NCBI RefSeq assembly: GCF_001194135.2
Contig: NC_069005.1
Location: forward strand, 23,509,799-23,557,706
From: Octopus bimaculoides
Taxonomy: Eukaryota
Reading direction: 5' to 3'
DNA length: 47,908 bases
Both the position numbers and the translations under genes were made by a program. The notes beneath the pieces were generated by a model. It had not been told where the DNA came from. It did no database searches and saw nothing but the letters and a program-made list of their open reading frames with translations. Positions 11,648 through 23,190 of the stretch are shown here, in pieces (within the stretch, counting starts at the first letter, position 1; every line of letters starts with the position of its first letter).

Positions 11648-12230
11648 AAGGCATGTAGCTTAGTGGTTAGAGCATTTGGATCATGACCTTAAGGTTGTGA
11701 GTTCAGTTCCTGGTGACACATTGTCCTTGAACAAGATACTTTATTTCATGTTGTTCCAGTCCACTCAGCTGACAAAAATGAGTTGTGCCTGTAATTCAAA
11801 GGGGCCAGCCTTGACATATTCTTATTTCTTTACTGCCCACAGGGTACTAAACATAGAGGGGACAAACAAGAACAGACAAAGGGATTAAGTCGATTATATC
11901 AACCCCAGTGCGTAACTGGTACTTATTTAATCGACTCCAAAAGGATGAAAGGCAAAGTCGACCTTGGCAGAATTTGAACTCAGAACGTTAAGACAGTCGA
12001 AATACTGCTAAGCATTTCGCCCAGCGTGCTAACGTTTCTGCCAGCTCGCCGCCTTACGTATTCTTACATATCACAGCTTTGACATATTCTGTGTCACACT
12101 GAATCTTCCTGAGAATTTTGTTAAGGGTCTGTGGAGTGCTCAGCCACTTGCAAATTAATTTCACAAGCAGGCAGTTTGGTTGATCGAATCAAATGGAACC
12201 CCGATCATCATAACCGAGAAAGTGCCAGTT
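11648..12230 (+). mobile_element. SINE family B copy split by a SINE C insertion
   Basis: Head gtagcttagtggttag...gagttcagttcc. The body resumes after 12090. Confidence 0.8.
11823..12073 (-). mobile_element. Full-length SINE family C with a 17-nt TSD
   Basis: cagccttgacatattct (11806-11822) and cagctttgacatattct (12074-12090) flank the copy. Confidence 0.85.
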
Positions 12231-12329
12231 ACATATACATAGAATTGCATTATCCAATGAGTCTATCCTGTTTGAAGTTAAGTAAAGAGTAATTTAGTTG
12301 CTGTTGCTAGCATGTTGAGAAGTAGAGGC

Positions 12330-12856
12330 TCACTGGTGGTGGCAGTGGTGATGGTGATGATGATGATGAAGGTGGTGGTGGTGGTGGAGAGTATAGTGGT
12401 AAAAGTTGGGGTGGTAGTGTTAGATGTGGCAGTGATTTTAAAGATCAATAGCATCCGTCAATATTCTCCTCCATTAGGAACTATTCAGCGAAATCAATGA
12501 AATAGTCTGGAAGACATGGCCTATTATTAAGGTGGTGGTGGTCATGGCAAGTGGTGGTGCAGGTGTTGGCAGTAGTGAAATACTTACTGGAGTGGTGATA
12601 CTGGTGAAATGTGACAGCTGAGGTGGTATTGCTGGTAGAGTGTGATGGTTGTGGTGTTGGCAGTAGTGTTGGTGGTTATGGTGTTGTTGTTAGCATTGGT
12701 GTGGTGGTGGTGGTGGTGGTGGTGGTGATGAGATATTGGTGGCACTGTGATGGTGACAGTTGAGTAGTGTAGTGACAGTGTTGGCATGGTGGTGGTGTTT
12801 GTGTGTTGAGGTGTGATGGTTGAAGTGGTGCTTGTGCAAAGAGGTACTGTTGGCCG

Positions 12857-12899
<43 letters not shown>

Positions 12900-12910
12900 A
12901 AGTAGTAATA
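12330..12910. repeat. Degenerate (GGT)n/(GAT)n/(AGT)n microsatellite tract
   Basis: Directly visible; source of the poly-H/T/Y ORFs. Confidence 0.9.
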
Positions 12911-13081
12911 GTATTGGCATTTCATTTTTTACATTCTGGGTTCAAATTCTGCTGGGGTCAACTTTGCCTTTCATCTTTTCAGGGTTGATAAAATATATAC
13001 CAGTTGAGCACTGTGGTCGATGTAATCGACTTACTCCCTTCCCCATACATCCTGGCCTTGTGCAAGAATTTGAAACAATTA

Positions 13082-13118
<37 letters not shown>

Positions 13119-13340
13119 GAAGGCACTGAGCTGGCATAATCATTAGTATGCTGGGAAAATTGCTTAGCAGCATTTTGTCTATCTTTATGTTCTGAGTTCA
13201 AATTCCGCCAAGGTTGACTTTGCCTTTCATCCTTTCGGGGTTGATGAAATAAGTACCAGTTATGCAGTGGGGTCGATATAATCAACTAGCCCCCTTCCCC
13301 AGAACTTCAGACCTTTTGCCTATAGTAGAAAGGATTATTG
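13119..13340 (+). mobile_element. SINE family C copy (a partial copy precedes it at ~12935-13085)
   Basis: gagctggcataatcattag...gagttcaaattcc...tagaaaggattatt. Confidence 0.8.
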
Positions 13341-13344
13341 TTAT

Positions 13345-14215
13345 CCTTTTATATACATACAACAGATTAAACTTTTGGAAAATAAAAATTCCTAACATCA
13401 GCTCCCTAAGTATCTTAGCTGTCCCTAATAACACTGTTTTCTGGAGCTGCACTAAACTGGGTTTCCTCTATTCATCTGTTCAAATATTTAGGGACAGTTT
13501 CTAATGCACCCAGAATTACAGAGATACATTTTACCTGCACTTTCCATAGTCTCTGTAACTCAATGACTAGGTCCTGATACTTTGCTCTTTTCTCTGTACA
13601 TCTCATATTGACTTTCTCATCATTTGGGACTGTAAAGTCAATTACCTGGCATTTTCTATTCTCTTTGCCTACTACTACCAAATCAGGCCTTCTAGCTTCT
13701 ATTACTCTTGTCAGTCTGAATGTTAAAATCCAGCAACATCTTATATTTCTTACTTTGTAGCATTTTTATTAGGTACATATTCATACCAGTTATCAGTATG
13801 GTCAAATCCTAGCTTTCTATATAATTCCCAATGGATTTTTCTCCCTAGGTTGTCTTGTCTTTTCTTGTATTTTTTCTCTGCCAGCATACTATATTCACTT
13901 ACTATATGAGTAACACTTTCCTCTTTTGATTTACATAACTTACATTGAGAATCTACCGGGTTTTAGTCCATCTTGGCTTTTATCCAATTAGTTCTTAATG
14001 CTTGATCTTGTGCTGTTACTAACAAACTTTCTGTCTCCTTTTCAACCTCCCTTTCTGAAACCATAACCATGTCTAACTATTACTATTTCCTGCAACTACT
14101 TTTGGGAATCTACCATGCAAAGATTTCTCTTGCCAGTCACGTAGTCTTTCCGATTTTTTTTTTAACTTTATTTGGCTTTTTGGTTTTCCTATGCCCTAGC
14201 AGGATTTAATAAAAT
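13345..14215 (-). mobile_element. R4/Dong-clade non-LTR retrotransposon 3' fragment (zinc knuckle plus RLE), pseudogenised
   Basis: WQEKSLHG...KETESLLVTAQDQALRTNWIKAK...CKLCKSKEESVTHIVSE...IHWEL...RRPDLVVVGKENRKCQVIDFTVP...KYQDL...LWKV...LGALETVP, with stops and frameshifts. Confidence 0.9.
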
Positions 14216-14227
14216 TTCTTCTTCTTC

Positions 14228-14261
<34 letters not shown>

Positions 14262-14411
14262 GTAGTAGTAGTAGTAGTAGTAGTACTTGTAGTAGTAGTA
14301 CAGAGTTAGACTCATGAAGGTCAATAATATGGAGCAAGGGTCATGTGGGATGATAATGTTGTAAAGGGTGTAATAACGAGTCATAAATGACCAAAAAGAA
14401 GACGATGACAA

Positions 14412-14476
14412 TTAAATGGATCCTGCATCAGTTTCGATGATGCTGAGTATTACAGATGTTTGATCAATAGGACAAC
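14412..14476 (-). other. Duplicate of the terminal exon 1749-1813 (alternative last exon or pseudo-exon)
   Basis: 14396-14506 is identical to 1733-1843 over 111 nt, including the acceptor and the stop codon. Confidence 0.8.
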
Positions 14477-14557
14477 CTATTTATTGTGTTATCATAAGAT
14501 GAAGTGGTGGAATACTTCATAAACAACAAAGTATTACAAGAAGGATTCTATCTTTAA

Positions 14558-15032
14558 TCCTTTACCATTTAAGCTGGTCATATCCTCATGGAGGCATTGA
14601 CAAGTGACCAAGACCTTTGGAGATATGCTGTGCTTGAGAAGATGATTCAAGCTAAGTGAAATCGTAGTCGTGGCCATTGCCAGCATCATGTAAATGGCAC
14701 CTGTGAAATTATAGTCATGGTTGCTGCCAGTATCATGTAAATGGCACCTGTGCTGGTGGCATGTAAAGAGCACCCATTACACTCTTGGAGTGGTTTGTGT
14801 TAGGAAGAGCATCCAGCCGTAGAAACCATGCCAAACCAGACTGAAACCTGGTGAAGCCCTCCAGCTTACTAGTTCCAGATGTTAAATGAGGATGGAAAGC
14901 AAATGTTAAATGATGGTCCAGCCCAAATATTCTATCTGTTTTATGTTCAAAGTGGCTGGATCCAGGCTCTCACACATACCCTACAATGTCATTCTGAAAA
15001 ATAAACAACCACGACATTCAAATCTCAAAGCT
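14558..15032 (+). mobile_element. TTAA MITE with nested RTE 3' end, paralogous to 1895-2366
   Basis: Same TTAA site and same RTE junction (ggtcatatcc|tca). The right end is lost at the GA-rich tract. Confidence 0.75.
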
Positions 15033-15034
15033 AG

Positions 15035-15440
15035 TAGGGGAAGGTAGAGAGGGAGAGAGATAAATAATGAGAGGGATAGTGAAAAAACATAGAATGTGTG
15101 AAAGAGAGGACAGGGAAAGAGTGTGAAAGAGAAAGGAGAGAAAGAGAGGACAGAGAAAGAGTGTGAAAGAGAAAGAGAGAAAATAACAAGTGTGGGAGAT
15201 AGAGGGATAGTGAGAAAGAGAGTGAATGAATGAGTGTGAGAAAGGGACAAAGAGAGAGAGAGTGAGAGAGAGAGACAGGGAGAGATAGACTGAGAGAAAC
15301 AGATAGAGGGATTAGAAAGAGAGAGACTGAGAAAGACAAAGAGAGAGAGAGAGAAAAAAAAAGCATATGTTGAATGAGAGATAGAGTGGGGTTGTAGGAA
15401 TGAGAACACGAGTGAGAGTGTGAGTGACAGTGGTGAGTGT
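15035..15440. repeat. GA-rich low-complexity tract
   Basis: Directly visible (GA)n-like sequence. Confidence 0.9.
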
Positions 15441-15459
15441 AGACAAAGAGTTTACTTAC

Positions 15460-15627
15460 CTCAGTTCCAAGTGACTGTATGCGAAGGTTTGGTAGAAGCT
15501 GTTGTAATCTCGACAATAGATTGTGTGTAGCCAAAATGGTGCTGGCTTTAATGAAGTTTCCCAAATGGAATGGTATTTGTTGATTGAGGGACTTGATGAA
15601 GAACATCTCAACTGTATTACGGTGAAG
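15460..15627 (-). CDS. Ectodomain exon (LHRNTVEMFFIKSLNQQIPFHLGNFIKASTILATHNLLSRLQQLLPNLRIQSLGTE)
   Basis: Acceptor attattttcag|CTT and donor GAG|gtaagt. 168 nt, phase 0/0, in frame with the exons on both sides. Confidence 0.8.
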
Positions 15628-15631
15628 CTGA

Positions 15632-15632
15632 A

Positions 15633-15695
<63 letters not shown>

Positions 15696-15705
15696 NNNNN
15701 NNNNN

Positions 15706-15748
<43 letters not shown>

Positions 15749-15774
15749 GTTAATAATAATAATAATAATAATAA
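15632..15774. repeat. (TAA)n microsatellite containing a small gap
   Basis: Directly visible; on the minus strand it forms the tract just upstream of the exon acceptor. Confidence 0.95.
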
Positions 15775-16172
15775 GACCTACCAAAAACTGATCTTGAAGA
15801 TCTTGAAATAGAAATTAGCAAAATGTGGAATCTGAAGACGAAAACAATACCTATTGTCATAGGTGCCCTGGGAATGACAGCGAAACGGGCTGATTACTAC
15901 CTAGCTCAAAATGGCTGAAGTTCAAAAGATAGTGCTCATGGGAACTGTCCATATCCTACGTAAAATACTGTCTAGGTGATCTCAAATCTTAAAACAAACA
16001 CATAATTTTCTTATGGTTTCTTAAACATTCTCTAGAACAACACTATGTACAAATCCAAATATATGGTACCCTAGGCATAACACCTACATGAACTTCTAAC
16101 TTGTTGTCTCTTGAGGCCTCTGGGTGAGACTTGGATCCAACTTGTACAAATACAATGCAAAAGTCAAACATA
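15775..16172 (+). mobile_element. R4/Dong-type 3' end embedded in (TAA)n
   Basis: DLEIEISKMWNLKTKTIPIVIGALGM...MAEVQKIVLMGTVHILRKILSR* (TGA 15977-15979), then a 3' UTR, with TAA runs on both sides. Confidence 0.85.
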
Positions 16173-16173
16173 A

Positions 16174-16243
<70 letters not shown>

Positions 16244-16244
16244 G

Positions 16245-16424
16245 GAAGAGGATAAGTTGATTACCTCGACCTTAGTGATCAACTGGTACTTATTTTATCA
16301 ATCTCTATAGAATGAAAGGCAAAGTTGACTTCGGTGGAATTTGAACTAAGAATGTAAAGACAGACGAAATGCCATGAAGCATTTTGCCCAGTGCAGTAAA
16401 GATTCTGCCAGCTTACTGCCTTAA

Positions 16425-16425
<1 letters not shown>
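16245..16425 (-). mobile_element. SINE family C copy
   Basis: atgaaaggcaaagttgacttcggtggaatttgaact...attctgccagcttactgcctta. Confidence 0.8.
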
Positions 16426-16471
<46 letters not shown>

Positions 16472-16624
16472 ATAATAATAATTATTATTATTATTATTAT
16501 TATTGTTATAATTATAATAACTATGATGATAATGATGATGATACAACAACAACAACAACAACAATAATAATAATAATAATACAGATAATAATTGTTTCTT
16601 TTATTTCTTAATATAAATATCAAG

Positions 16625-16975
16625 ACCACAGTTACTCATGAGGAAGTGCAAAAAGTTTTGGATATCAGTTTGGTCACTCCCTAAAAAACACTATCTGGAT
16701 GCTCCCTGGATTCCTCAGCAAGTCAGAGACTCAGAACATATTAAAGAGTAAATATGGAATAATATCTTTGTTGAATAAGTCAGGAGACTACAGTGAAGAA
16801 AAACCCAGCAAATGGAATTCTCCCGGAAAAGATAAAATCCCTAATTTTAGTCTGAATGCCTTCCTTGAATCTCATGGGAAATTGATCCACCTCTACAGCA
16901 GCGTCATGCATGGTTCTAGGAAAATCCCTCCTTGGTTGGTCAATGGAGGACCTCGCCAAAAATGGTTGGAACCAA
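16625..16975 (+). mobile_element. R4/Dong-type reverse transcriptase N-terminal fragment
   Basis: KWNSPGKDKIPNFSLNAFLESHGKLIHLYSSVMHGSRKIPPWLVNG resembles the W.SPG.D.I.NFW...H...IP.WL..G motif of R4/Dong RT domain 0. Confidence 0.65.
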
Positions 16976-17039
16976 TAACACTTAAAGCTACTAATCAATT
17001 ACAAGTCTAACAACCATGTATAAAACATTAATACTCATT

Positions 17040-17435
17040 TACTTGTTTCAGTCATTTGACTGCGGCCATGCTGGAGCACCGCCTTTAGTTGAGCAAACTG
17101 AGCCCAGGACTTATTCTTTGTAAGCCTTGTACTTATTCTATCGGTCTCTTTTGCCAAACTGCTAAGTTACGGGGACGAAGACACACCAGCATCTACTGTC
17201 AAGCGATGGTGGTGGTGGGGGGACAAACACAGACACAAAAAACACACACATACATATATATATATACATATATACGACGGGCTTCTTTCAGTTTCCGTCT
17301 ACCAAATCCACTCACAAGGCTTTGGTCGGCCCGAGGCTATAGAAGAAGACACTTGCCCAAGGTACCACGCAGTGGGACTGAACTCGGAACCATGTGGTTG
17401 GTAAGCAAGCTACTTACCACACAGCCACTCCTGCA
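17040..17435 (-). mobile_element. Full SINE family A copy
   Basis: Tail cttgtttcagtcatttgac, internal (CA/TA)n, head cttaccacacagccactc. Confidence 0.85.
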
Positions 17436-17529
17436 CCTATATCCATCATTGAATATACATATACACTTCTGATGTAGTAAGTTTGGTAGAATAATTGGTT
17501 TCACGTTCAGAATAGGGTTCCACATTGAA

Positions 17530-17850
17530 AATACTGATCTAATGCTGGTGATGATGATGATGATGATGATCATCATCATCATCATCATTATGATAATGTT
17601 AATGATGAGCACAACAGCAAAGAAGATGATGATGATGATGGCAAAGACAATGAAGATGGTGATGATGCTAATGAGGAGGAGGAAGATGATGATGATGATG
17701 ATAGTGATGATGATGATGATGATGATGATGATTATGATGATTATTATGATGGCAATCAATTTGAAGTTGATGACAGCAAGGACAATGAACAGAAAGATGA
17801 TGATGATGATTATAATTATGATGACAATGACGATTGCGATGCTGATGAAA
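17530..17850. repeat. (GAT)n-rich microsatellite
   Basis: Directly visible; source of the poly-M/I ORFs. Confidence 0.95.
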
Positions 17851-20480
17851 ATGCAGATAACAGAATTCGTATCTGGTTTATTACAATTAAATCTTCAATC
17901 AAATCTCGTCAGTCATTGAATTTGTTTCTGTCTTATGCAGTTTCTCAAATTTTTGTAAAAATTGTATTTTTATCGTTTTCAGTTTTATTTTTTTAAATTC
18001 TAGAAACTATTGTTGGTAACTGGAATTAATTTTGTTTTAGAAAAATGTCAAATTATTGTTTAATCTGTCTTTCAGCAATCTTTCTATTGTCTTTCTCTTT
18101 TAGAAAGATAGGAATCATCTTGAAGAATGCCTACAGAACTTTGTGAATGTCAGAAAATTTGAGAGGTGTATCCCAGAATCCTTTTGGGGGAATTTTTCTC
18201 ACTCTTTCCCTTCCCTACTTTCTCTCCCTCCCCCTCTATTTTTTTTTTCTAACAAGTTTGTTGAAATCTGTTTTAAAGTTTAGACTTTGAGAAATATCTC
18301 TAGCAGCAAAATGTATCAAGGTATTTACGTACGCGGAATACAGTTGCTCATTCATTCAGTCATCCATTCATTCATACATACATACATACAAACAGACATA
18401 TGAACACACATACATACATATCAGGGACATGCTGCCTGGGTAGGCAAGGTAGGCAGTGCCTACCCTGAATGAAACAGATCGATAGTAACATTTTCCTTTT
18501 ATGGCAAAATATGCTCCTAATTCAATAAAATTATGAAGGTTACTCTGATTACTATGCATAAAAGGCAAAATATTTTATTTTTTTGTAGATTAGGTAGGCA
18601 TAATTTGCTCCTGCCTTTCAATCTCAGTATTAAAGCCATGCATAGAACTGTTGTAGTACATGTTGTAGTACATGTTGTAGTACATGTTGACCGTTAACAG
18701 CTTTGAGCATTTTTTATCTGCTTTGATTTGTAGATATGCGTCAGACAGACCGAGTTTTGAAAATATTTTTCTTCTGTTTAGTTTTGTAAAAATATCTTCT
18801 GGGGTCGGCAGTAGATAAAGGTTCACTGGTCGAAAAATTGGCACACAACCTAATTTTGATATTTTTCTTTTTTATACGTACAGTTGGAGCTGCCCATTTC
18901 GCGAAATTTACTTTTTCAATGATACCGGTTTTTGCCAATTTGTTCAACTCATCATCCATTTGCTTTATTGCTGCAAACGGCACTTTCCTATTAGGTTTGA
19001 ACACAGTGTAACGTTATCATCTAATTCGAAACACATTTCAGTCTTTGTGCACAGACCTAGTTTGTCCAAGAGTACTTGCAGAGACATTTTAAAAACCTTT
19101 CTCTTTAACTCTTCAGACAAATTATTTTTAGAGGGACAACTATTTAGGTTTTAACAGTAGAGATTTATGGGGAGATCCCATAAATCGAATAATTCTAACC
19201 AATCAGTACCAAACAGATCGGTTGCATTTTTAATGACGTAGACTTTCACCCTGCATGTTTTCCCTCAAAATGTGACATTAGTCCACGTTTCACCTATAAA
19301 ATGTTTGTTGCCTGTCATGCTATGAGCAAATTTTACTGTTTTTCTCAACAGAGGTTTCCCTATTTTCTTCCACGTGTCCATATTTATGATTGAAATATCA
19401 CTTCCGGTAACCGATAGAAGTGTAATATGTATTCCATTTATTTTTACGTGTACAAATTTTTTTATTTGGGAGTTGATTTTTGTTTCTGCTGAGAGAACTC
19501 TAGGATTTTTAATGTTTGACCTTCGTAATTTTGTTCTCCAGTTTGAACTCTTGTGACCAATTCTTTTGCAACTTTAACATTTTTGATTTTTAAATGGATA
19601 GTCTTTTCTGAAATGTATGCCCCCTCCCCTCCATAACATGGATTAGGATGTGACGCTCTTTTTTGGTTGTACTTTTTCCGACTGGCATATCTGTATTTTT
19701 GAGGAATCCTTTTCTTGAAATTTTTCTACATTGTGTTTCAGGTTTACCATTCTTTGACATTCTTCTGCCATAGACTGTAAGGTTGGATCTTGGTTTGCTT
19801 GTTCCAATTAAGAATGAATCCTGGTACAGATTTCTGTATCTTCACTTGCTGTAAGGCCTTCTACAAAAATAAGACACTTGAACATCTCAGGTGTAAGTTC
19901 TTTGAGTTTAAAACTTTCACACATCCTGATCACTGTTCCTGTGCATGTGATAAAATCATCATTCTCTTGTTTCGTTATATTCCAACACTCCATTCGAGTG
20001 TTAAATAGAGAAGTTTTATCACTGAATATTTTAGACAGTAATTCTATTGTTACTTTAAAAGAAATTTCATTGGGTTTTTGGGGCAATATGAAATTACAGT
20101 CATGTTCATGCCCTAACGGAGCTAATTTTTGCAATAACAATTTCACTTTTTGTTCGTCTGACTATGATTTGCAGTCTTACTTTAAAAATTTCCTCATATC
20201 TTCTGTAGTACGATGCAAAAGTTATACCCTCCTCTGGGTTATAACTGAATTCATTAATTGAGTCCGAAATGTATTATGAAAACTGTACTATGGAAGTTAA
20301 TAGGCCTTCCATTATTTAACAAGTTGTATCACAAACAAATTGTTAAATAACCAGCATGAGCTTTGAAACCCTCGTTGCCAGATGTTGTAATAATCCGTCT
20401 GGTGATGGCTTACTTTTTTTTTTCCCCTCGTTGCCAGATGTTGTAATAATCCGTCTGGTGATGGCTTACTTTTTTTTTTT

Positions 20481-20492
20481 CCCTCGTTGCCA
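20481..20492 (-). promoter_or_regulatory. Primer-binding site, probably tRNA-Ser(GCU); extra copies at 20425-20436 and 20369-20380
   Basis: TGGCAACGAGGG versus TGGCGACGAGG, the complement of the metazoan tRNA-Ser(GCU) 3' end. One CpG-type change. Confidence 0.7.
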
Positions 20493-20494
20493 GA

Positions 20495-20761
20495 TGTTGT
20501 AATGTAATTTGTTATGTACAATAAATAAGATAACCAGACAACAGTATAAACAATGTAACAAACTAACAAATCTCTTTACAAACCAACAATCAATATTCCT
20601 TGTGAACTAACCAAACTGACACCTGACTTCACTGTGAACTAACACAAACTTCACTCGACTCCGAACTCTGAACTTTTGAACTCACTTGGATCATTACTAT
20701 TTATACTTTACTTGGGTCAGTCTATCTCTCACAAGGGGGCGTTGTAACTCTCATTACAACA
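20495..20761 (-). repeat. 5' LTR of the Gypsy element (267 nt)
   Basis: TGTTGTAAT...ATTACAACA perfect 9-nt terminal inverted repeat, followed by TC and the PBS. Confidence 0.85.
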
Positions 20762-21004
20762 AAACCACATTTTTACCACATTGCCTGGTCCAGGAATTGA
20801 AACTACAATCATACAACTGAGAGTCCAACAGCCTAACCACTATGCCATGCACCTCCACAATAATTCAGTATTTGCCCGCCTACAACAATACACAACACAA
20901 GTCACCTGTGTTATGTGATAATTCATCCATGTTTCTCTTCACCTAAATGAATAGGGATTCCTTTTTTTCTACTTTATTTCACTTGTTATTCATGCATGTA
21001 TTGT

Positions 21005-21665
21005 CGGCAGGTTGGCAGAACTGTTAGCAAGCCAGGCAAAAGGCTTAGCAGCATTTTGTCTGTCTTCACATTCTGAGTTCAAATTCCGCTGAGGTTGACT
21101 TTGCCTTTTATCCTTTTGGGGTCGATGAAATAAGTACCAGTTAAGGACAGGGGTTGATGTAATTAACTTTTCCTTTCCCTGAAATTCTATACTTTGTTCC
21201 AAAGTATGCAACTTTGTCTGTCCTTTTTCTGAGTTCAAATTCTGCCAGGGTCATCTGTGCTTTTCATCTTTTCGGGGTTGATAAAATAAGTGCCAGTTGA
21301 GTGCTGGGATCGATGTAATCGACTATCCCCTTCCCCAAAATTTCAGGCCTTGTGCCTATAGTAGAAAGGATTATTATTATAATTCCTTTTACCATCATTA
21401 TTGTTATAGTATGATTATCATCATCATCATCATTATTATCAATATTATTAAGGCAGTGAGCTGGCAGAATTATTAGCATGCTGGGCAAAATGCTTAGCAG
21501 CATTTTGTCATCTTCACATTTTGAGTTCAATTTCTGTCAAGGTCGACTTTGCCTTCCATCCTTTCGGGGTGAGTAAAACAAGTACCAGTTGAACACTGGG
21601 CTCGATAATTACATCGACTTACCCCGTCCCTTAAACTAGCTGACCTTATGCCAAAATTTGAAATT
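21005..21665 (+). mobile_element. Cluster of three SINE family C copies
   Basis: tggcagaa.tgttagca / gagttcaaatt / tttgcctt motifs repeat at ~21005, ~21230 and ~21455, with (ATT/ATC)n tails. Confidence 0.8.
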
Positions 21666-21900
21666 AATGTATGTATTGTTTGTAGCCAACAGTCAACTGC
21701 ATTATCCAATTAAATCTGTTAATTTGAAATACCAGAAACTCCTCATCCAATCAGCTTTCAATGTTTATTTGATTATTTGCCAAATGATATTCATTGCATC
21801 ATTTAAAACCATTAAAAGCTATTGCATTGTTTCATAAGTTCATTTCCGTGCTTCTGTCTGATAATCAGTCACTTGAAATTCAGAGTAACATTTTGTGAAG

Positions 21901-21941
<41 letters not shown>

Positions 21942-22489
21942 TCCCATATATATATACACACACAGATATATATATATTGTACTTGTTTGGCAAGTGACTC
22001 AAATAACTAACATAGCACTACTTCCATAATGTGATTGTAGAACATCAAATTATAGATAAACAAATTCCTCCGTGTGTGTGTGTGTGTGTGTGCACACGCG
22101 CACCAACAGGAAGGGCATCCAAGCACCAAAGATCTGCTTCAGTAAACTACAACTCACCCACGCAAACATAGGAAAGAGGATGTTAAAAAAAATGATGTTG
22201 TCACACACGCACACACACACACACACACATACACAAACACATGCATACATATAGTAGGTCAGCTGGGATAATATAATTCTTGGGGAGGCACTTCAAAGTA
22301 CTGTGACTCTCTGAAAATTGGAATGGACGTCCATTATGAAACTGCAGTACCAGAAAAACAGAAAAATCCATAACTTACTTTTTTAGTGTAGAGTATAAAT
22401 AATAAATATTGAAGATTGGGGTTCGTGTTGTTATCATCATCATCATCATCATCATTATTATTATTATTATTATCATTATTTTTATTATT

Positions 22490-22735
22490 AAGACAGCAAG
22501 CTGGCAGAATCGTTAGCACACCGGGTGAAATGCTTAGCGGTATTTTGTCTGTCTTTAGATTCTGAGTTCAAATTCTGCTGAGGTTGACTTTGCCTTTCAT
22601 CCTTTCAGGGTCAGTAAATTAAGTACTAGTGAAACACTGGGGACGATGAAATCGACTTACCCCCTCCCCACCCAAATTTCAGGCTTTGTGCCTTTAGTTT
22701 AAAGGATTATTATTATTATTATTATTATTATTATT
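22490..22735 (+). mobile_element. SINE family C copy with (ATT)n tail
   Basis: agctggcagaatcgttagc...gagttcaaattc...aaaggattattatt. Confidence 0.85.
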
Positions 22736-23039
22736 TGATAGTTCACAATTGTTGAACTACAATAATGGTGGCAACAGCAGCACCAGCACCAGCACCACCA
22801 TCATTATTTAATATCCACTTTGCTATGGGTCAGACGGAATTCGTTGAAGCAGATTTCCTATGGCCAGATGCCATTCATCATACCAACCTTCACCTGTTTC
22901 CAAGCAAGGAGACATTACATCATGACCAGACGTGTTCTTCACAAAAGACTGGAAATGGACAACATTGCTAGTACGATCATTGTACTCATTTTACAACCAT
23001 CATGTGACGTCAGAACAAAGGCACACACATGATGATAGG

Positions 23040-23190
23040 CTTCTTTTGGGTTTCAATAACCAAATCCACTTACAAGGCTTGGTTGAGCTTGGGGGCCATA
23101 GTAGAAGACACTCGCCTAAGATGACATGCAGTGGGACTGAAACCAAGACCACATAGTTGGGAGGAAAGCTTCTTAAACATACAACCAAGC
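23040..23190 (-). mobile_element. SINE family A head
   Basis: accaaatccacttacaaggc...gtgggactgaaacc. Confidence 0.7.

Larger units (their letters stand above)
18686..20761 (-). mobile_element. Truncated Ty3/Gypsy LTR retrotransposon (LTR-gag-protease-RT start), pseudogenised
   Basis: Gag LLLQKL...FILPQKP...FKCLIFVEGLT; knuckles CYG..HF / KC*SCKRIGH; protease VKING...(V)TGSDISIIN; RT KVPFAA..DELNKL..GIIEKV..KWAAPTV..KK...IRLCANFS and LPTPEDIF..FSKLGLSDAYLQI. Confidence 0.9.

Noticed and set aside
15460-15627. A second open frame through this exon (FTVIQLRCSSSS...)
   Set aside because: Its phase does not fit the neighbouring phase-0 exons; a second open frame over 168 nt is not remarkable.
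18422-18470. CAGGG...gggtaggcaaggtaggcagtgcctaccct, resembling a hAT-type MITE end
   Set aside because: No partner TIR or TSD found.
20369-20503. Repeat-spacer appearance suggesting CRISPR (also 33076-33168)
   Set aside because: The spacers are identical or absent, the context is eukaryotic, and there are no cas genes; these are plain tandem duplications.
22249-22310. Candidate exon (E)SHSTLKCLPKNYIIPADLLY (phase 1/0) that would pair with 23343-23391
   Set aside because: Weak donor (TAT|gtatgc) inside a CA/TA repeat edge; the phase match could be chance.
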